A DNA stretch of 64,000 bases from the human T2T-CHM13v2.0 reference genome, Homo sapiens, in the NCBI RefSeq assembly GCF_009914755.1, contig NC_060942.1; one strand, written 5' to 3'. Both the position numbers and the translations under genes were made by a program. The notes beneath the pieces were generated by a model. It saw only the letters and a program-made list of their open reading frames with translations, made no database searches and was not told where the DNA came from. Of this stretch, positions 14,297 through 28,939 are shown in pieces (the first letter of the stretch is position 1; the number at the start of each line of letters is the position of its first letter).

Positions 14297-14467
14297 AGCC
14301 GGGCTCAGTGGTGCACATGCCTGTGGTTCCAGCTACGTTGGAGGCTGAGGCAGGAGGATTGCTTGAGCCTAGGAGCCCAAGACTCTAGTGGACTATAAGC
14401 ACACCTGTGAATAGTCACTACACTCCAGCCTGGGCAGCAGAGTGAGACCCTGTCTAAAAAATAAAAA
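14297..14467 (+). mobile_element. FAM (fossil Alu monomer, 7SL-derived)
   Basis: Single monomer retaining the 7SL-type cctgtgaatagtcact segment that dimeric Alus lack. Confidence 0.8.
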
Positions 14468-14561
14468 TGATGTGAATGCTTCACAGTGAGAGGTGTCACA
14501 TGCTTTGGATAGTAATTGTTTTCTTTCTTTGTATTGATTAAACACTTTGTTTGAAAAATAG

Positions 14562-14675
14562 GGTTGTAGCCCTGGATACTATCGGGATCATAAAGGCTTG
14601 TATACCGGACGGTGTGTTCCCTGCAATTGCAACGGACATTCAAATCAATGCCAGGATGGCTCAGGCATATGTGTT
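14562..14675 (+). CDS. LAMA3: First shared exon (A2; LE domain): [38 protein letters not shown]
   Basis: aaatag|GGT acceptor, GTT|gtgagt donor, 114 nt; laminin EGF-like cysteine pattern. Confidence 0.97.
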
Positions 14676-15114
14676 GTGAGTAAATTGACACTTTAATGCT
14701 ATCAGCAGACAATCTGTTTCTCCTCCATTCCCCTGTACTATGCCCAAAGACATCAACATTACATCTCCCGCCAAACCCTAAATAGAGGTCGCTGTGTAAA
14801 TATATGAGGCTCCATTATCAGGCTGAATTATTTTACATTTCATTTTCTCCTCCATTTTAACATGCACCATTAAAAGAGCGCTGCTGTCTGAGCAATTAAG
14901 TTACACTTTAGCTTCTAAATCTCTCCTTCGTGAAATGATAGTAATGGGTGGACCTTGGAAGTTAACTCTTGCCAGGACAAAACTAATCCAAGCCACTACT
15001 TTGGGTCCCAATTTTGTTGGGGCGGCAGGAAGTTACAGGAGTGGGGCTTGTTGCTGTCAGATGTCCAGTAACTCAAGAAAGCAGCCAGGGAGAAGGGGAT
15101 TTGAGGAGGGCTCA

Positions 15115-15357
<243 letters not shown>

Positions 15358-16097
15358 TCACTACTGCCAAGACAGAGCGGGGCTTGGAGAAGACAGATGA
15401 GGGAGGTCGTGGGGAAGGGAAAGTGCTGCTCACCCCTCCCGTCCTCACAACATCCACCGCCTGCCTGTTCCCTATATTGACTATATTTTCTCATGGCCTC
15501 AAGGCTGTCTTGGATGACTACAGCATATCCACTGGAACATGATCTTATTTTGGAATATTTTATAAAATTCTTCTACCTAAAATTAGTTTCTTAGGAAATT
15601 TTTCTTATGCATCCTGAAGCAGAACCTTTTTTATTCTGCTTTTTTCTTTTGTTTCATTAGAGTTCTTCTTGGTAACCAGGGCCTCCCCAGTGAGGAAAAT
15701 GGACAGTGAAAAAGAGGGAGCATACTCCAGGAATACAGGGCTTCAGTTGTGTTGTGCCCTTTTGGAAATGCACTCCTCTGGCACAAATTTTCTTTGTATT
15801 GTGTAATGCAACTAGAGTGTGTTTCAAGTATGAGTTCCTAGACCGTATTAAGCTCGTTCACCGTGGCCCAGGGAACTGCTTCCTCTGCAAGATGGGACAG
15901 GCTAGAAGAGGAAATTGTTGTGAAGAGCCAACTGATAGAATATTTTGTTGGATTGTAATCTTATAAATTCAAAAAGAGTAAAGGGTATTGGGAAATACTG
16001 TTTTCCAGCTCGTTAGTATTCCTATAGAATAGTTCATGTTTGATATTGTATGTTTTGTGTAACACGAGTAGATGCTTTAATTAAGAATAAATACGTT

Positions 16098-16400
16098 GGC
16101 CGGGCACGGTGGCTCATGCCTGTAATCCCAGCACTTTGGGAGGCTGAGGCAGGTGAATCACGAGGTCAGGAGTTCGAGACCATTCTGGCTAACACAGTGA
16201 AACCCTGTCTCTACTAAAAAAATACAAAAAATTATCTGGGCGTGGTGGTGGGCGCCTGCAATCCCAGCTACTTGGGAGGCTGAGGCAGGAGAATGGCGTG
16301 AACCCAGGAGGCGGAGCTTGCAATGATGGCGCCACTGCACTCCAGCCTGGGTGACAGAGCAAGACTCTGTCTAAAAAACAAAACAAAACAAAAACAAAAA
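16098..16400 (+). mobile_element. Alu (AluY/Sc-like)
   Basis: gagaatggcgtgaacc and gagcttgca diagnostic positions; TSD aagaataaata(c/t)gtt. Confidence 0.93.
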
Positions 16401-18864
16401 AGAATAAATATGTTATCAGTGAACCATTGCCAGATGTCAAGCCCATCTTATGAAAGCTGCCAAAGAACAAAGGGAGGGTTTTTTTCTGTAGTCACCCACT
16501 GAAAGGAAAACTTGTGAGAGTCATAATTCATATTTTAATCAAACAAGATTTTCTTTCCCATTTTATTTTTTTTGTAGTTCTGTCTTCACTTGTCCCTAAT
16601 GGCCATGTGGCCGCCAGAGACTCTTCATTCAGGAAATCCTCACTGAGCATTTGCTAGTGTGGCAGGTACTGAGCTAAGTGCTGGAGTTAAAAATCATCAG
16701 ACCTAATCCCTACACTCACGAGGCTTGCTGTCTAGTAGGCAATGTGTATGTGTGTACACACACTCACACACACACGCACACACACACGGAGCCCATGTCT
16801 GCACTCAGCTAACGGCTCCGTGGCAAGTCCTGAGTGCTGATGCTGCCCTGAATTGTGTCCACTGCATGGAAGCTGAGAATGCATTCCTCGTTCTCAAAGA
16901 ACAGTAAAGAGGAAATCCAGTATATTTGAATATCAAACGGGCCTTCTGGCTGATTTCACTGCAAATTGACCTCCACCTCTCAAGGTCCAAAGTAAATGTT
17001 TAACATCAGGACCTTCACCCAGGTGCAAATCTTCAAGATATTTCAAGAATAGACTCTGAAGTTTGAAAAGATAAGTAGCCCAACTTTTTGCCAGTACAGC
17101 AGTAGGTGTCCAGTGTCAAGGGCAGGAGTAGCGGGTAATGTGGGTGCCACCGTCCAGAGGGACCTGCGATGATGGCCTCCTCCTATGTGCTGAGACCCCC
17201 ATCTCTCCCTCTTCTCATTGCCCCAATTTCTCCCCATATTTTCTCCTCTCCCCCCAATTCCCCTTCCTCTCTACTATCCCCGTCACCCCTTATTTTCCTC
17301 TCCGTTCCTATTTCCCTCCCCTTTTCTTTTTCTGTCTTCTTTCTTCATCTTCCTTCTTTTATTTTCTGCTACTTGAGCCCATCTTCCCCTCTGCAGTTGC
17401 AATGGAATTTCCAAATGATTTATCTGAAATTCACAGCTGACATGGTGCTCCTCTGAGGCTCACAGACGGAAGGAAGCCCACGACCCTTAGCACAGTACTG
17501 GGGGCTCTTTCTAGCTGCATCCCGCCCCCTTGCACTTCTGCCTTGGGCACGCCCTTTGCTTTTCATTCCCTCCACACACTGCCATGCTATTGTGAGACTG
17601 AGGTTCTGCACGCTGTGTCCCCTGTGCCTGGAATGCCCTTCCCTCACTTCTGCGCTCAGTGAATCCCTGTCCTTCTGCGGCCCTCGCAGGCAGCCCCTCC
17701 TCCTGCTCTCGTGGGATGCTGGCACACTTGTGTCCTATTTTCCACGTGATATTGAATACGTCTATTCACAGGACTACATGTACCCCGAGTCGAGGGACCA
17801 ACCCTTCTTTACATCGCTAGAGCCTAGCATAGTTGGGCATATAGTAAATGCCTAATAGATATTTGGTGACAAATGGAGCTAGGAGAGCACGTGCCATGGG
17901 AGTGGACGTGGGCTTCTGCAGCATTCGTTCATTTATTTATTCACAGTAAAACACAAGGAACCTGAAGGGAGGTGCTCCAAGTTTGCAGGACTGAGGACAG
18001 TTTCCAGGGTGGCCACTCTCAACTGACAGTGAAGGGTTTCTCACATATTTTTACGGGACTTTGTCAAGCAACACGGGTTTTGACACTCTTCCTTGATCCT
18101 CTCCTCTCACCCCTGTGAAGGACCAGTACTCAGAGTGATTTTAGTAGGATACGGATGTCCTCACCTCAATTCTTGCATCTGTACATTCTTGCTTCTCCAA
18201 TGTGTTCAGTCTCAGAGCTAAGTAGACACAGGACTGAAATATATCTATACAGTCATGTTCTACTTTTAAATTGTCATTTGGATTAAAAGAGAAAGAGAAC
18301 TAAAATGGAAAAGTATTAGTTCCAAAGGACTGATGTCTTCTGAGAGAGTCAGGGCAGCTGAAGACTGGGTGAGGGTGAGGGAAGCCGCTGGTGTCCTCCT
18401 CAGTCACCCGTGAGAGGACTCCTCTGTGGAGCTAATCAACTGCAAGGAAGATTGTTCCCAGTGTCCAGACCTGAAGGAGTCTGGACCCATAGTGCAGTGA
18501 GATTTGGGGAAGGAAGGATTCCGGATAGGGGTGAGCTTTCTGATGATAAGCAAATGTGAACACGTGAGCAGCATCCTACTTTAAAGCCCCTCCACATGCT
18601 CTGAAATACTAATATCTTATGTTTATAGCACAATTTTATAGCTGGGAAAAAAAGAAAGGATATTTTAACATCTTAGTGTTTTGTGTAATTTTCAGTTACT
18701 CAAAGGTTAGTGAAGGATGGATTTGCTCAATCTGGACAAACTGACGGCATTTATGATGGAAGGGCAACCTTTTTCATTATGAACAAGCCATGTCTTCTTG
18801 GGATATAAACGTATATTGCTTTTCCCAATCTACCTTCAGATATTATTTAAAAACTCACACTCAT

Positions 18865-19200
<336 letters not shown>

Positions 19201-20203
19201 CTACTCAAGCAACACCTCTGCATACAGAAGTAAAATACATAGGCAAATGTTTAAAATTATACTTATTCCAGCCCATAAAATTAACACAAAGTGTCTCCAT
19301 ATTAGCAAATGCCCACAGCAAGGGGAGTTTTCCTGGATGTTTCTGTGCATTTAGATCTTTTTTGCTAGGGTAACACCAAGAAAATAAACAAATTTGACCC
19401 AATCCACTAGGTTTTGTCTCAATAGACCACTTGGTTGCAAAATTATTTCATCTCAACACTTTACTGAAGAACAAATTTCATTAGACAGCAACTTTGATGT
19501 GAAAATAATTGGATTTACATAAATAAAAAGCTTAGATAACATTAATTTCTTGCTTCTTTGGGACACTGGAATTCAGTTGAGTATTTTCTTCAGATACTGT
19601 GCAATTTTTTATTGTTTTAACAAATTCTGTGTTAAGAACTCATTTCAATAATATCACTCTTCAGTATATCATTGTTAGGTGAACCGTGAAGTAAAATGAG
19701 GGTAATTTTCATCAAAGCAGTGCTAAGGGGAAGAAAGAAAAGAATTTACGTTTCCCAAGAGCTTAGTACACTTGCTTTTTTAAATCCTCCCAACAGGCTT
19801 AGAAAGTGGGCATTATCCTAACTACATTTTGAGAAAATTATAATTGTATGTAAATCATACACTAGTAAAATTGATATAAGTAAAATTGATACAATTGAAA
19901 GGATCTTGCCCCAGGGCTCCGTGGCCTTGAGATGCTGGAGTGGGATGGGGACTCAGCTGGCTTGTCCCCACTATGTCACGCTGCCAATGTTAAGCACCGC
20001 GTCACTGAGGGAAGGACACTTACCCCTCTTTTCTAACACCAGCAATGATTAGAGGGATAGGGAAAATACATGGTTAGAGGAGCTGATATCACTGCAAAGT
20101 CAGAGGACTTGAGTTGTAGTCATGTGACTAAGTAAGATTACAATAATCTCAGAAGTAGGGACTGTACTGGCTGCTGTGAATTGTGCTGTTCACCTGTCCC
20201 CAG

Positions 20204-20313
20204 AACTGTCAGCACAACACCGCGGGAGAGCACTGTGAACGCTGCCAGGAGGGCTACTATGGCAACGCCGTCCACGGATCCTGCAGGGCCTGCCCATGTC
20301 CTCACACTAACAG
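20204..20313 (+). CDS. LAMA3: Exon A3 (LE): [36 protein letters not shown](S)
   Basis: ccccag|AAC acceptor, AG|gtaccg donor, 110 nt, phase 0-2; C.HNT.G..CE.C..GYYG motif. Confidence 0.97.
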
Positions 20314-20349
20314 GTACCGTAGCAGCTTGACATAACCTACAGGGACCCA

Positions 20350-20580
20350 AAGTCGTTTGGTGGCTGCCTAGGACTAGGGGTGGGAGAGCAGGTGGGGAGA
20401 ATGGGAAGTGATTACCAAAGGGTCTGGGATTTCTTTTTGAAGGGATGAAAACATTTTCAAATTGATTGTGGTGGTGTTTGTACAATTCTGTGAATATACT
20501 ATAAGCCACTGAATTGTACAGTTTACATGATGAATTGCATGATATGTAAATTATATCTCAATAAAGCTGTGATATTAAAA
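20350..20580 (+). mobile_element. L1MB-type 3' UTR fragment
   Basis: ctgtgaatatactataagccactgaattgtaca...tatatctcaataaagctgt. Confidence 0.8.
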
Positions 20581-20615
20581 TGAACAAACACGACATACAA
20601 GAAAACAAATGAATA

Positions 20616-21570
<955 letters not shown>

Positions 21571-22314
21571 TCCACCACTGTGTTTTCAAGGTAACCCCCT
21601 CTCTCCTTAAGTGTGGCACTTTGTCATATCCTTACTCATCACAAAGGGTTCACTGTGGGCCCAAGCAAAGAATGATGTAACAAACTAAGTGAAGCAAGAG
21701 TTGTTCTGAAAATCAAGAAGATACTGAGAACATCTCACTAGTACATAGACTCAGAAACAAGTGTGGATCACAAAGGCAGGCCTATATCAGCCCTTAACAG
21801 ACACATGGGCCAAGTCCTAACATCACCAGAAGTCATGTGCCAAGTGTGGCTTCTCTGGAGAGACCTATTTGGAATGCTCACCCTGCTTTGCTGTCTATGT
21901 CTTTGATGCTCGTGAAGCCCGCCCCATCCTGCAGCTTTATTTGTCAAGGGATCAATCACATGAGCTTGCCCAGACTTGTTTGAAGAGAAGCTGGCAAAAG
22001 TAGAAAGCAGCGAGATTTCCACTGGGGTGCTTGGAAAAAGTTTTTCATTTTCATTTGCAAAGCGTAGTAGCATCAAGGTCAGCTTCCAGCTTCCATAAGT
22101 TGAAGTAACACGTAGGTCTTTGAATTTATCAGTAAAACTCTATTTGTATCTATTTCTCCTTCCTGCAATATTAATAGTGCTGACCAATGTCTAACTGTCT
22201 TTTGAGAGGCTTCCTAAACAGGCATTCTCTTACCAGCAAATGGAGTGATATTCCCTCAGATGTCATCAGTGTCATGTCCAGTGGCAGACAACAGGGCTTT
22301 TTCATGGTCTCTTT

Positions 22315-22316
<2 letters not shown>

Positions 22317-22362
<46 letters not shown>
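22317..22362. repeat. (TG)23 microsatellite
   Basis: Uninterrupted TG run. Confidence 0.97.
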
Positions 22363-22365
<3 letters not shown>

Positions 22366-23036
22366 AAAGCTGCTTCTAAAATATCATCACTTATTGCTTC
22401 TCAGCCTTTTGGCTAAAATCAAGTGTAAAATATCACCACTTTAGAGCTAAAAGAAAAGGGATCAAAATTCCACAACTTGGTTTGAAAAAAAAGTGAGAAT
22501 CAGCAATGATTGTGCCCACAGAAATGCCGAGGCAGGCGAGTGGTCTCTGTGCATCTTTAGGGGGCTCCAGGGCCTGGCCTCCCCACCAACTTTTCTTCCC
22601 AGAAGGCAATGTGCCTGATAGAAAAGAACTAGAATCAACAAGGAGAACGTTTTTTTTTAAAGAATCAGAACTCTCTGTTCTTTTTTCTGCCTAGACTTGT
22701 TTTACTCCTTCCTTGTTATTCCTGGAAAAATGCTGTTGTAATCATCTCTTCCAAAGTGAGTTACTCTGCTCTGTCTTAAGGGGAAAAAATGCTCTTCCCC
22801 AAGGAACAAATAAAATAAATGCCTTCAGTCCTTGTTCACCAAAATTGCCCTGTGTCGGCTGAGATCATTCATCATTATCTCTCCAAGTCTTGATGGGCAA
22901 AATTTTCTTCACACAAAGTAACCAGACCCTGGGTTTCAGTGCTCACTTAATACAAGCCAGTCCTTTGTGGTAAAAAATAAGCATAAATCCTATCGATCTG
23001 TGTTTTTGATGGGGCCTTTTTCTGTCTTCTTTCAAG

Positions 23037-23117
23037 CTTTGCCACTGGCTGTGTGGTGAATGGGGGAGACGTGCGGTGCTCCTGCAAAGCTGGGTACACA
23101 GGAACACAGTGTGAAAG
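23037..23117 (+). CDS. LAMA3: Exon A4 (LE): FATGCVVNGGDVRCSCKAGYTGTQCE(R)
   Basis: ttcaag|C acceptor after a pyrimidine tract, AG|gtaagg donor, 81 nt, phase 2-2. Confidence 0.96.
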
Positions 23118-24618
23118 GTAAGGTGGGCGCCCCTCCCGCCTCAGCCTGCAGAGGGGGCGGGGAGGGCTGTGGGTGGGGCTGCCAGGTGCTGGCACAGAGC
23201 TAGGGGTGGGGCTGGGAGTTTGACTGAGGCCTGGAAAAAGGTCTCTTGGGAAAAATACAAGACTGCTCACCTAATAAATCATTAATATCATTCTCTTTCC
23301 TGCTTTGTACGTTTCAGAAAACTGAGAATGAGGCACAACGCATACACTCACCCACAAGTAGCTCTACCTACATCCCCCCAACACGCACCCCTGTGTACCT
23401 CAACCCCCGACACCTCCCTACCTACCCCTCCTCCACAATGATCTCTGCATACCCCCTATTTCGACATGTCCCTTCCACATATCTCCACATACACCTGCCC
23501 TCAACGTATCCCTACTTACCTGTACACATGTACAACTGTCTACACTCTTCCGTACACACACATATCCACAGCCCTAGCCTAGATAGCCCCCCCACCCCCC
23601 CACCCCCACCCCCACCCCACACACACCCCTCTATCCCCACACTATATTTTGAACACTTTCAGGACAATCTATGTCTTGTTTATTTCGGAATCCCTGGTTC
23701 CAAGAATGGTACTGTTCACATAATAGGTGTTCGGTAATGTTTGTGAAACAAAATAATAAATGTTGTGGAATGGAAACTGTAAAATTAATGACAAAGGGCT
23801 GCAGAACCAAGCTTTAGTTATTCATGGACAATTTTCATGATTAGCCACTATGCATAGGACACTGCCAAGTACTGAGAAAGATATAAAAGATACTTATAAC
23901 CTAGCTGAGAAGAAAGCACACACATATTTGGGAAAGTAACAGTATGAAAAATGAATCATATGGTTTACATATTTTAAAATTTAAAATAACTTTCTCATAA
24001 AATCAATACATATTTATTATAAAATGATGAAAAACAAACGAGCAGAGAACCAGTGAGGGCCCCCCTACAACCTAGCCCTGTGCACTCAAACGCTTTCACA
24101 TACAATCCTATTCATAATCATTTTGTCTACAGAAAGCCACTGTTAAAAAGCTGGCTGTTTGTTCCTACAAATCATTTCTAAATGTGTGAACCCTTAAAAA
24201 AAAAAGTAGATTCCTGTTTTACTTTCTGTTTTGACTTGTTTTCTTATCTAATACTATGTTAGTAATATCTCTCCATATCAGTAAGTATTCACTGATAACA
24301 TCACATCAATGACCAAAAATTTCCACTGGGTTTCCATTATCTCCTACTCTTGGTCTTGGAGATCCTTTTACTGTTCTGCATTTAAAGCAACACTAAAATT
24401 AAATCCTTGCAGCTTAATATTTGTGTATGCATATCCTCAAGGTATAATTGTAAAAGTGGATTCTTTGGGTCAGAGGATAGGTTTTCCAGGCTTTTAATAC
24501 TTTTTGCAAAATTGCCCTCCAGAAAAGTTTATATTCTTACAGCAGCAAAAGAGAATGAGTGACTACCTACCACAATGGATATTGGAAAGGATCAATATTT
24601 TAAATATTTGCTAATTAG

Positions 24619-24931
<313 letters not shown>

Positions 24932-27409
24932 TTAATTTACATTGTTTTGTTTAAACTTTAAAAGAGTTTGACTAATTTTTGTTTAACCGGAAAATGAATT
25001 CAACCAGATTTCAAGTAAGGCATAACCACCCTAGACTGGGGTTATCTGAAATGTTTATGGATAAGGTGGGACTTTGGTAGGTCCAAGGGGTTACTAGAAC
25101 CCAGTGGAGCCAGAAGATGGAAGTGGGAGGCAGGTTAGGTTGGGGAAGCAAGGCAGAAAAGCCCAAGGGGCTGGAAGACACTTGCCATGTGTAGGAGGTG
25201 GGGACTGCCTTAGACTGGGGACACTGAGCAGCAGCTAAGGAGCCCAATTCTATGGCAAAAGATGGTAATGGAAGGTTCTTCTGTTTTCCATTTTCCATTT
25301 CAGCAAAAGGAGCATTTCTCACACTTGCCTTACACTTATTCAGTTATTCTTTCAATGAAAAATGTATGGAGGTCCTAGTATATATATGTCTGGCACAGTG
25401 CTAAGTACTGGAGGCACATTAACAAACAGCACAGACAGTGTCCTCAAGGGCTTTCCAGTCCAGTGGTGGACAGACATCAAAACATGCCATTAAAATAGCG
25501 AGAGATGGGAGAACTGGGCTAAGTTGAGCTGCAATTAGGAGGTATATCCAACCAGCGAGAAGGGAAGGATGTGGGGAGTGGGAAAGGATTCTAGGCTCTG
25601 AGGTTTAAAAGCCACAGGGGACCAACACCTGGGAGAGGCGTCCTAATTTCATCCTCTTTATGGCTCTTCACAAACAATGAAGCATTAAACAGCAACAGGC
25701 TCGGTGAGACATCCATTTGGCAGGCAAAATTTTTAATTAACAGTACTTCTCTCAGCTGATGTTTGTTATATCTGATGTCTCAAGAAAACAAGCTATTATT
25801 TCTTTAAAAAATTTTTTGAAGCTTTTTCATGGATAAATGCCATTTTATGTCAACATTTTTCATTTGTTAGACACAGCACCCAGACATCATTCCTGGCACT
25901 AGTGATTAACTACACAATGATAAACACAAGGACAGTCAAGGGTGAAAAGCAGGAATATAGATTATGCAGGAGACTAGCTGGATAGAAGCCAGAGTGGCCA
26001 GCTGTGGGGAGGGTTTCGCAAAGGCTTTCCAGCCCATGCATGCTCTTACCCCTCTTCTCCCTCAGACACACAGGGCCACACAAGACAAGCCTATTTTCTG
26101 CTCTTTATTTGTTGTACCAATGTCATTCGTGAAATCAGGAGGTTTTACTTCAGTCCTTTGGGTTTAGCCACTGCCATAAATTGAGAATAAGAGAACCAGT
26201 TATTTCTTATAACCAGTAAGTAATGCTTTGCAAGAGTAAGGAAGAAGTAGAATCGAACTTCCTGAATATTTCTGTGATTTAAATATAAGGTACTTTGTAA
26301 TTATGCATCTATTACATGGGAAGTTTAGATGTAGGTAAGAAAGACATCAAAAATAAAGTATTCTAGAACACAGAGCTTCTGCATAACATGATCTGTTAGG
26401 TAGAATACCAAGCCAGTCACAAAGTAAAGCCCTATTATTAGTATATGACCACCCTGCTTAGTAGACTTAAATAGGCCACCTCAGCCTAGTTACCTTCTGG
26501 ATTATTAGGGGATACATGGGCCTTCTGCTTTCTTGTAATAATTTCAAATGATGCCAATTAGAAGATGAATATTTTGTCATGTCTTATTACGATAGCTACC
26601 CTTCATTGTCTGTTATGTGCAGATATTACGCTAGATTCTTTATTACATTATCTCATATTCACTGAGCAAAATAGGTATTATTAGTCCACTCACTTATTCA
26701 TTCAACAAATGAATGAATATGTGCCAGGTGACCGTAGGGATATATCAGTGAGCAAAACAGCCCAAAACTCCACATCTTCATGGAGCTTATATTTTCATGG
26801 GGGCTGTGGGGGGGACCGGTAAAGAAACTGAAGCACAGAGGGTTACAGCAACAGCCCAAGATCACACTAGTAAGTAGTAGAGATAGGAGTCCAGCCAGAT
26901 CTTACTGATCCTTTACATTATATCAACAGTGTATCCATGGTAATACATTGGTGAAGTATATTGGAAGTACATGGTAACGTGTATTGGAATTGCCTAATTT
27001 TTTTTGATGCAGTGCTTAAATTTGGGGAAATGAGGTAAATACCATATTCCCTTGAGTCTATCAAGTCAATTGATGATAAGACACCACACATCAGTTTAAT
27101 GACAATTTGGGGGTGACTGGATGGGGAGTGGAACTTTATTAATGGAAATATTGTAATTGACATCCCAACTCCAGGAGCATGAATATGTGCTTATTTGACT
27201 TTAAAAAAAAAAAAAAATCAAAGAATCAAGGAAATGTGATCTTTAAACTTGTAAACCAGTAATGAGTTCTCATTACTATACTATCTAGAATAAAAAAGGC
27301 TCAGGGCCAAAGGTAGCAGCTGTAACTGCTCTCAGTTGTTTAAGAGTCATTATATACAGCACGGCAGCAATTAGTGCAAATATGAATTATGCAGACTTGA
27401 CATAGTGCA

Positions 27410-27821
<412 letters not shown>

Positions 27822-28011
27822 AAGAAAGAAAAGAAAGAAAGAAAGAAAAGAGAGAAATAAAGAAAGAAAGAAAAAGGAAAGGAAAGGAAAAAAGAAAAGA
27901 AGAGAAGAGGAAGGGAAGGGAGGAGGGAGGGGGGAGGGAGGAAGGAAGGAAGGAAGGAAGGGAGGGAGGAAGGGAGGAAGGAAGGAAGAAAGGAAGGAAA
28001 GGAAGGAAGAA
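27822..28011. repeat. Polypurine tract (GAAA/GGAA/GGGA)n
   Basis: About 190 bp of almost purely A/G sequence, expanded from the Alu tail. Confidence 0.95.
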
Positions 28012-28274
28012 ATAATGCAATAGGAAATATTAAGAAACTCCTCCCTCATTCAAAAAATTGGAAATTACATGGATCTTACTTCAGATTTATTTCTGTGAGA
28101 CAATTCAAGGGGTAAATACCTCTGTATTGAGAAATATTCATTCTTGCAGATCTATGTCGGTCTTCCACCCATTGGGTTACAATATCCCAAACAGAGAGCT
28201 AGAGATTGAGAAAATTGGTTGAGATAAACGATGAGTTATTTGGGTGTTTCTCCTCCTCTCTATATTTTGTGTAG

Positions 28275-28381
28275 GTGTGCACCGGGATATTTCGGGAATC
28301 CCCAGAAATTCGGAGGTAGCTGCCAACCATGCAGTTGTAACAGCAATGGCCAGCTGGGCAGCTGTCATCCCCTGACTGGAG
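28275..28381 (+). CDS. LAMA3: Exon A5 (LE): [35 protein letters not shown]
   Basis: gtgtag|G acceptor, G|gtaagg donor, 107 nt, phase 2-1. Confidence 0.97.
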
Positions 28382-28463
28382 GTAAGGCCGACCCACACCC
28401 CTGCTAACTTGCATTTATAAAGCTGGTATAACTTAACAGCCTAAGAACCCAAGCACACATCTT

Positions 28464-28544
28464 CAGGATGCATAATACACAATTCCAGCCAGCAAGCTGT
28501 CCCCAGGATGCATAATACACAATTCCAGCCAGCAAGCTGTCCCC
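28464..28544. repeat. Perfect 40-bp tandem duplication
   Basis: CAGGATGCATAATACACAATTCCAGCCAGCAAGCTGTCCC occurs twice, at 28464-28503 and 28504-28543. Confidence 0.97.
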
Positions 28545-28939
28545 TTGTTTTGACAAACCTGGGAATGCTTAGATAGTATTTTCAGCTTTGGTGAATAACC
28601 TGTTTCAATGCACTTTTTTTTTTTAAAAAGTGAATTGTTTTTGAAACTTACCTAATTATAACCAAAATAACTTCAGATCCTACTTTGGTGATTTTGCTGA
28701 GATCTCCCTTTGATATTGTAGGGTTATTGTCTCATCAGCTTTCCCGTGTGTGTCTGAAGAAATTGAAATACTCTTTATCTTACAGCAGTACATGTTCTGG
28801 GATGTGGGTGGGTAATTGGGGTGGATTTTATACACCAAGAAAAAGATAATTAGCAGAAGTTAGTATGGTTTATTAGGAGCAACTTGGAACAAAAAGGAAG
28901 ACTATCCTCTTCCTTCTTTGACAGAATATTAATAGGATT

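Noticed and set aside
17200-17400. Long pyrimidine tract ending in ctgcag, as a possible missed exon acceptor
   Set aside because: Exons A2 and A3 already join in frame with a complete LE cysteine pattern, and no laminin-like coding sequence follows.
23246-23737. 163-aa Pro/His/Thr-rich ORF
   Set aside because: It is a translation of C/A-rich low-complexity intron sequence, with a non-ATG start and no supported splice structure.
28464-28544. 40-bp repeat as a CRISPR-like or VNTR array
   Set aside because: There are only two adjacent copies and no spacers; it is kept as a simple tandem duplication.
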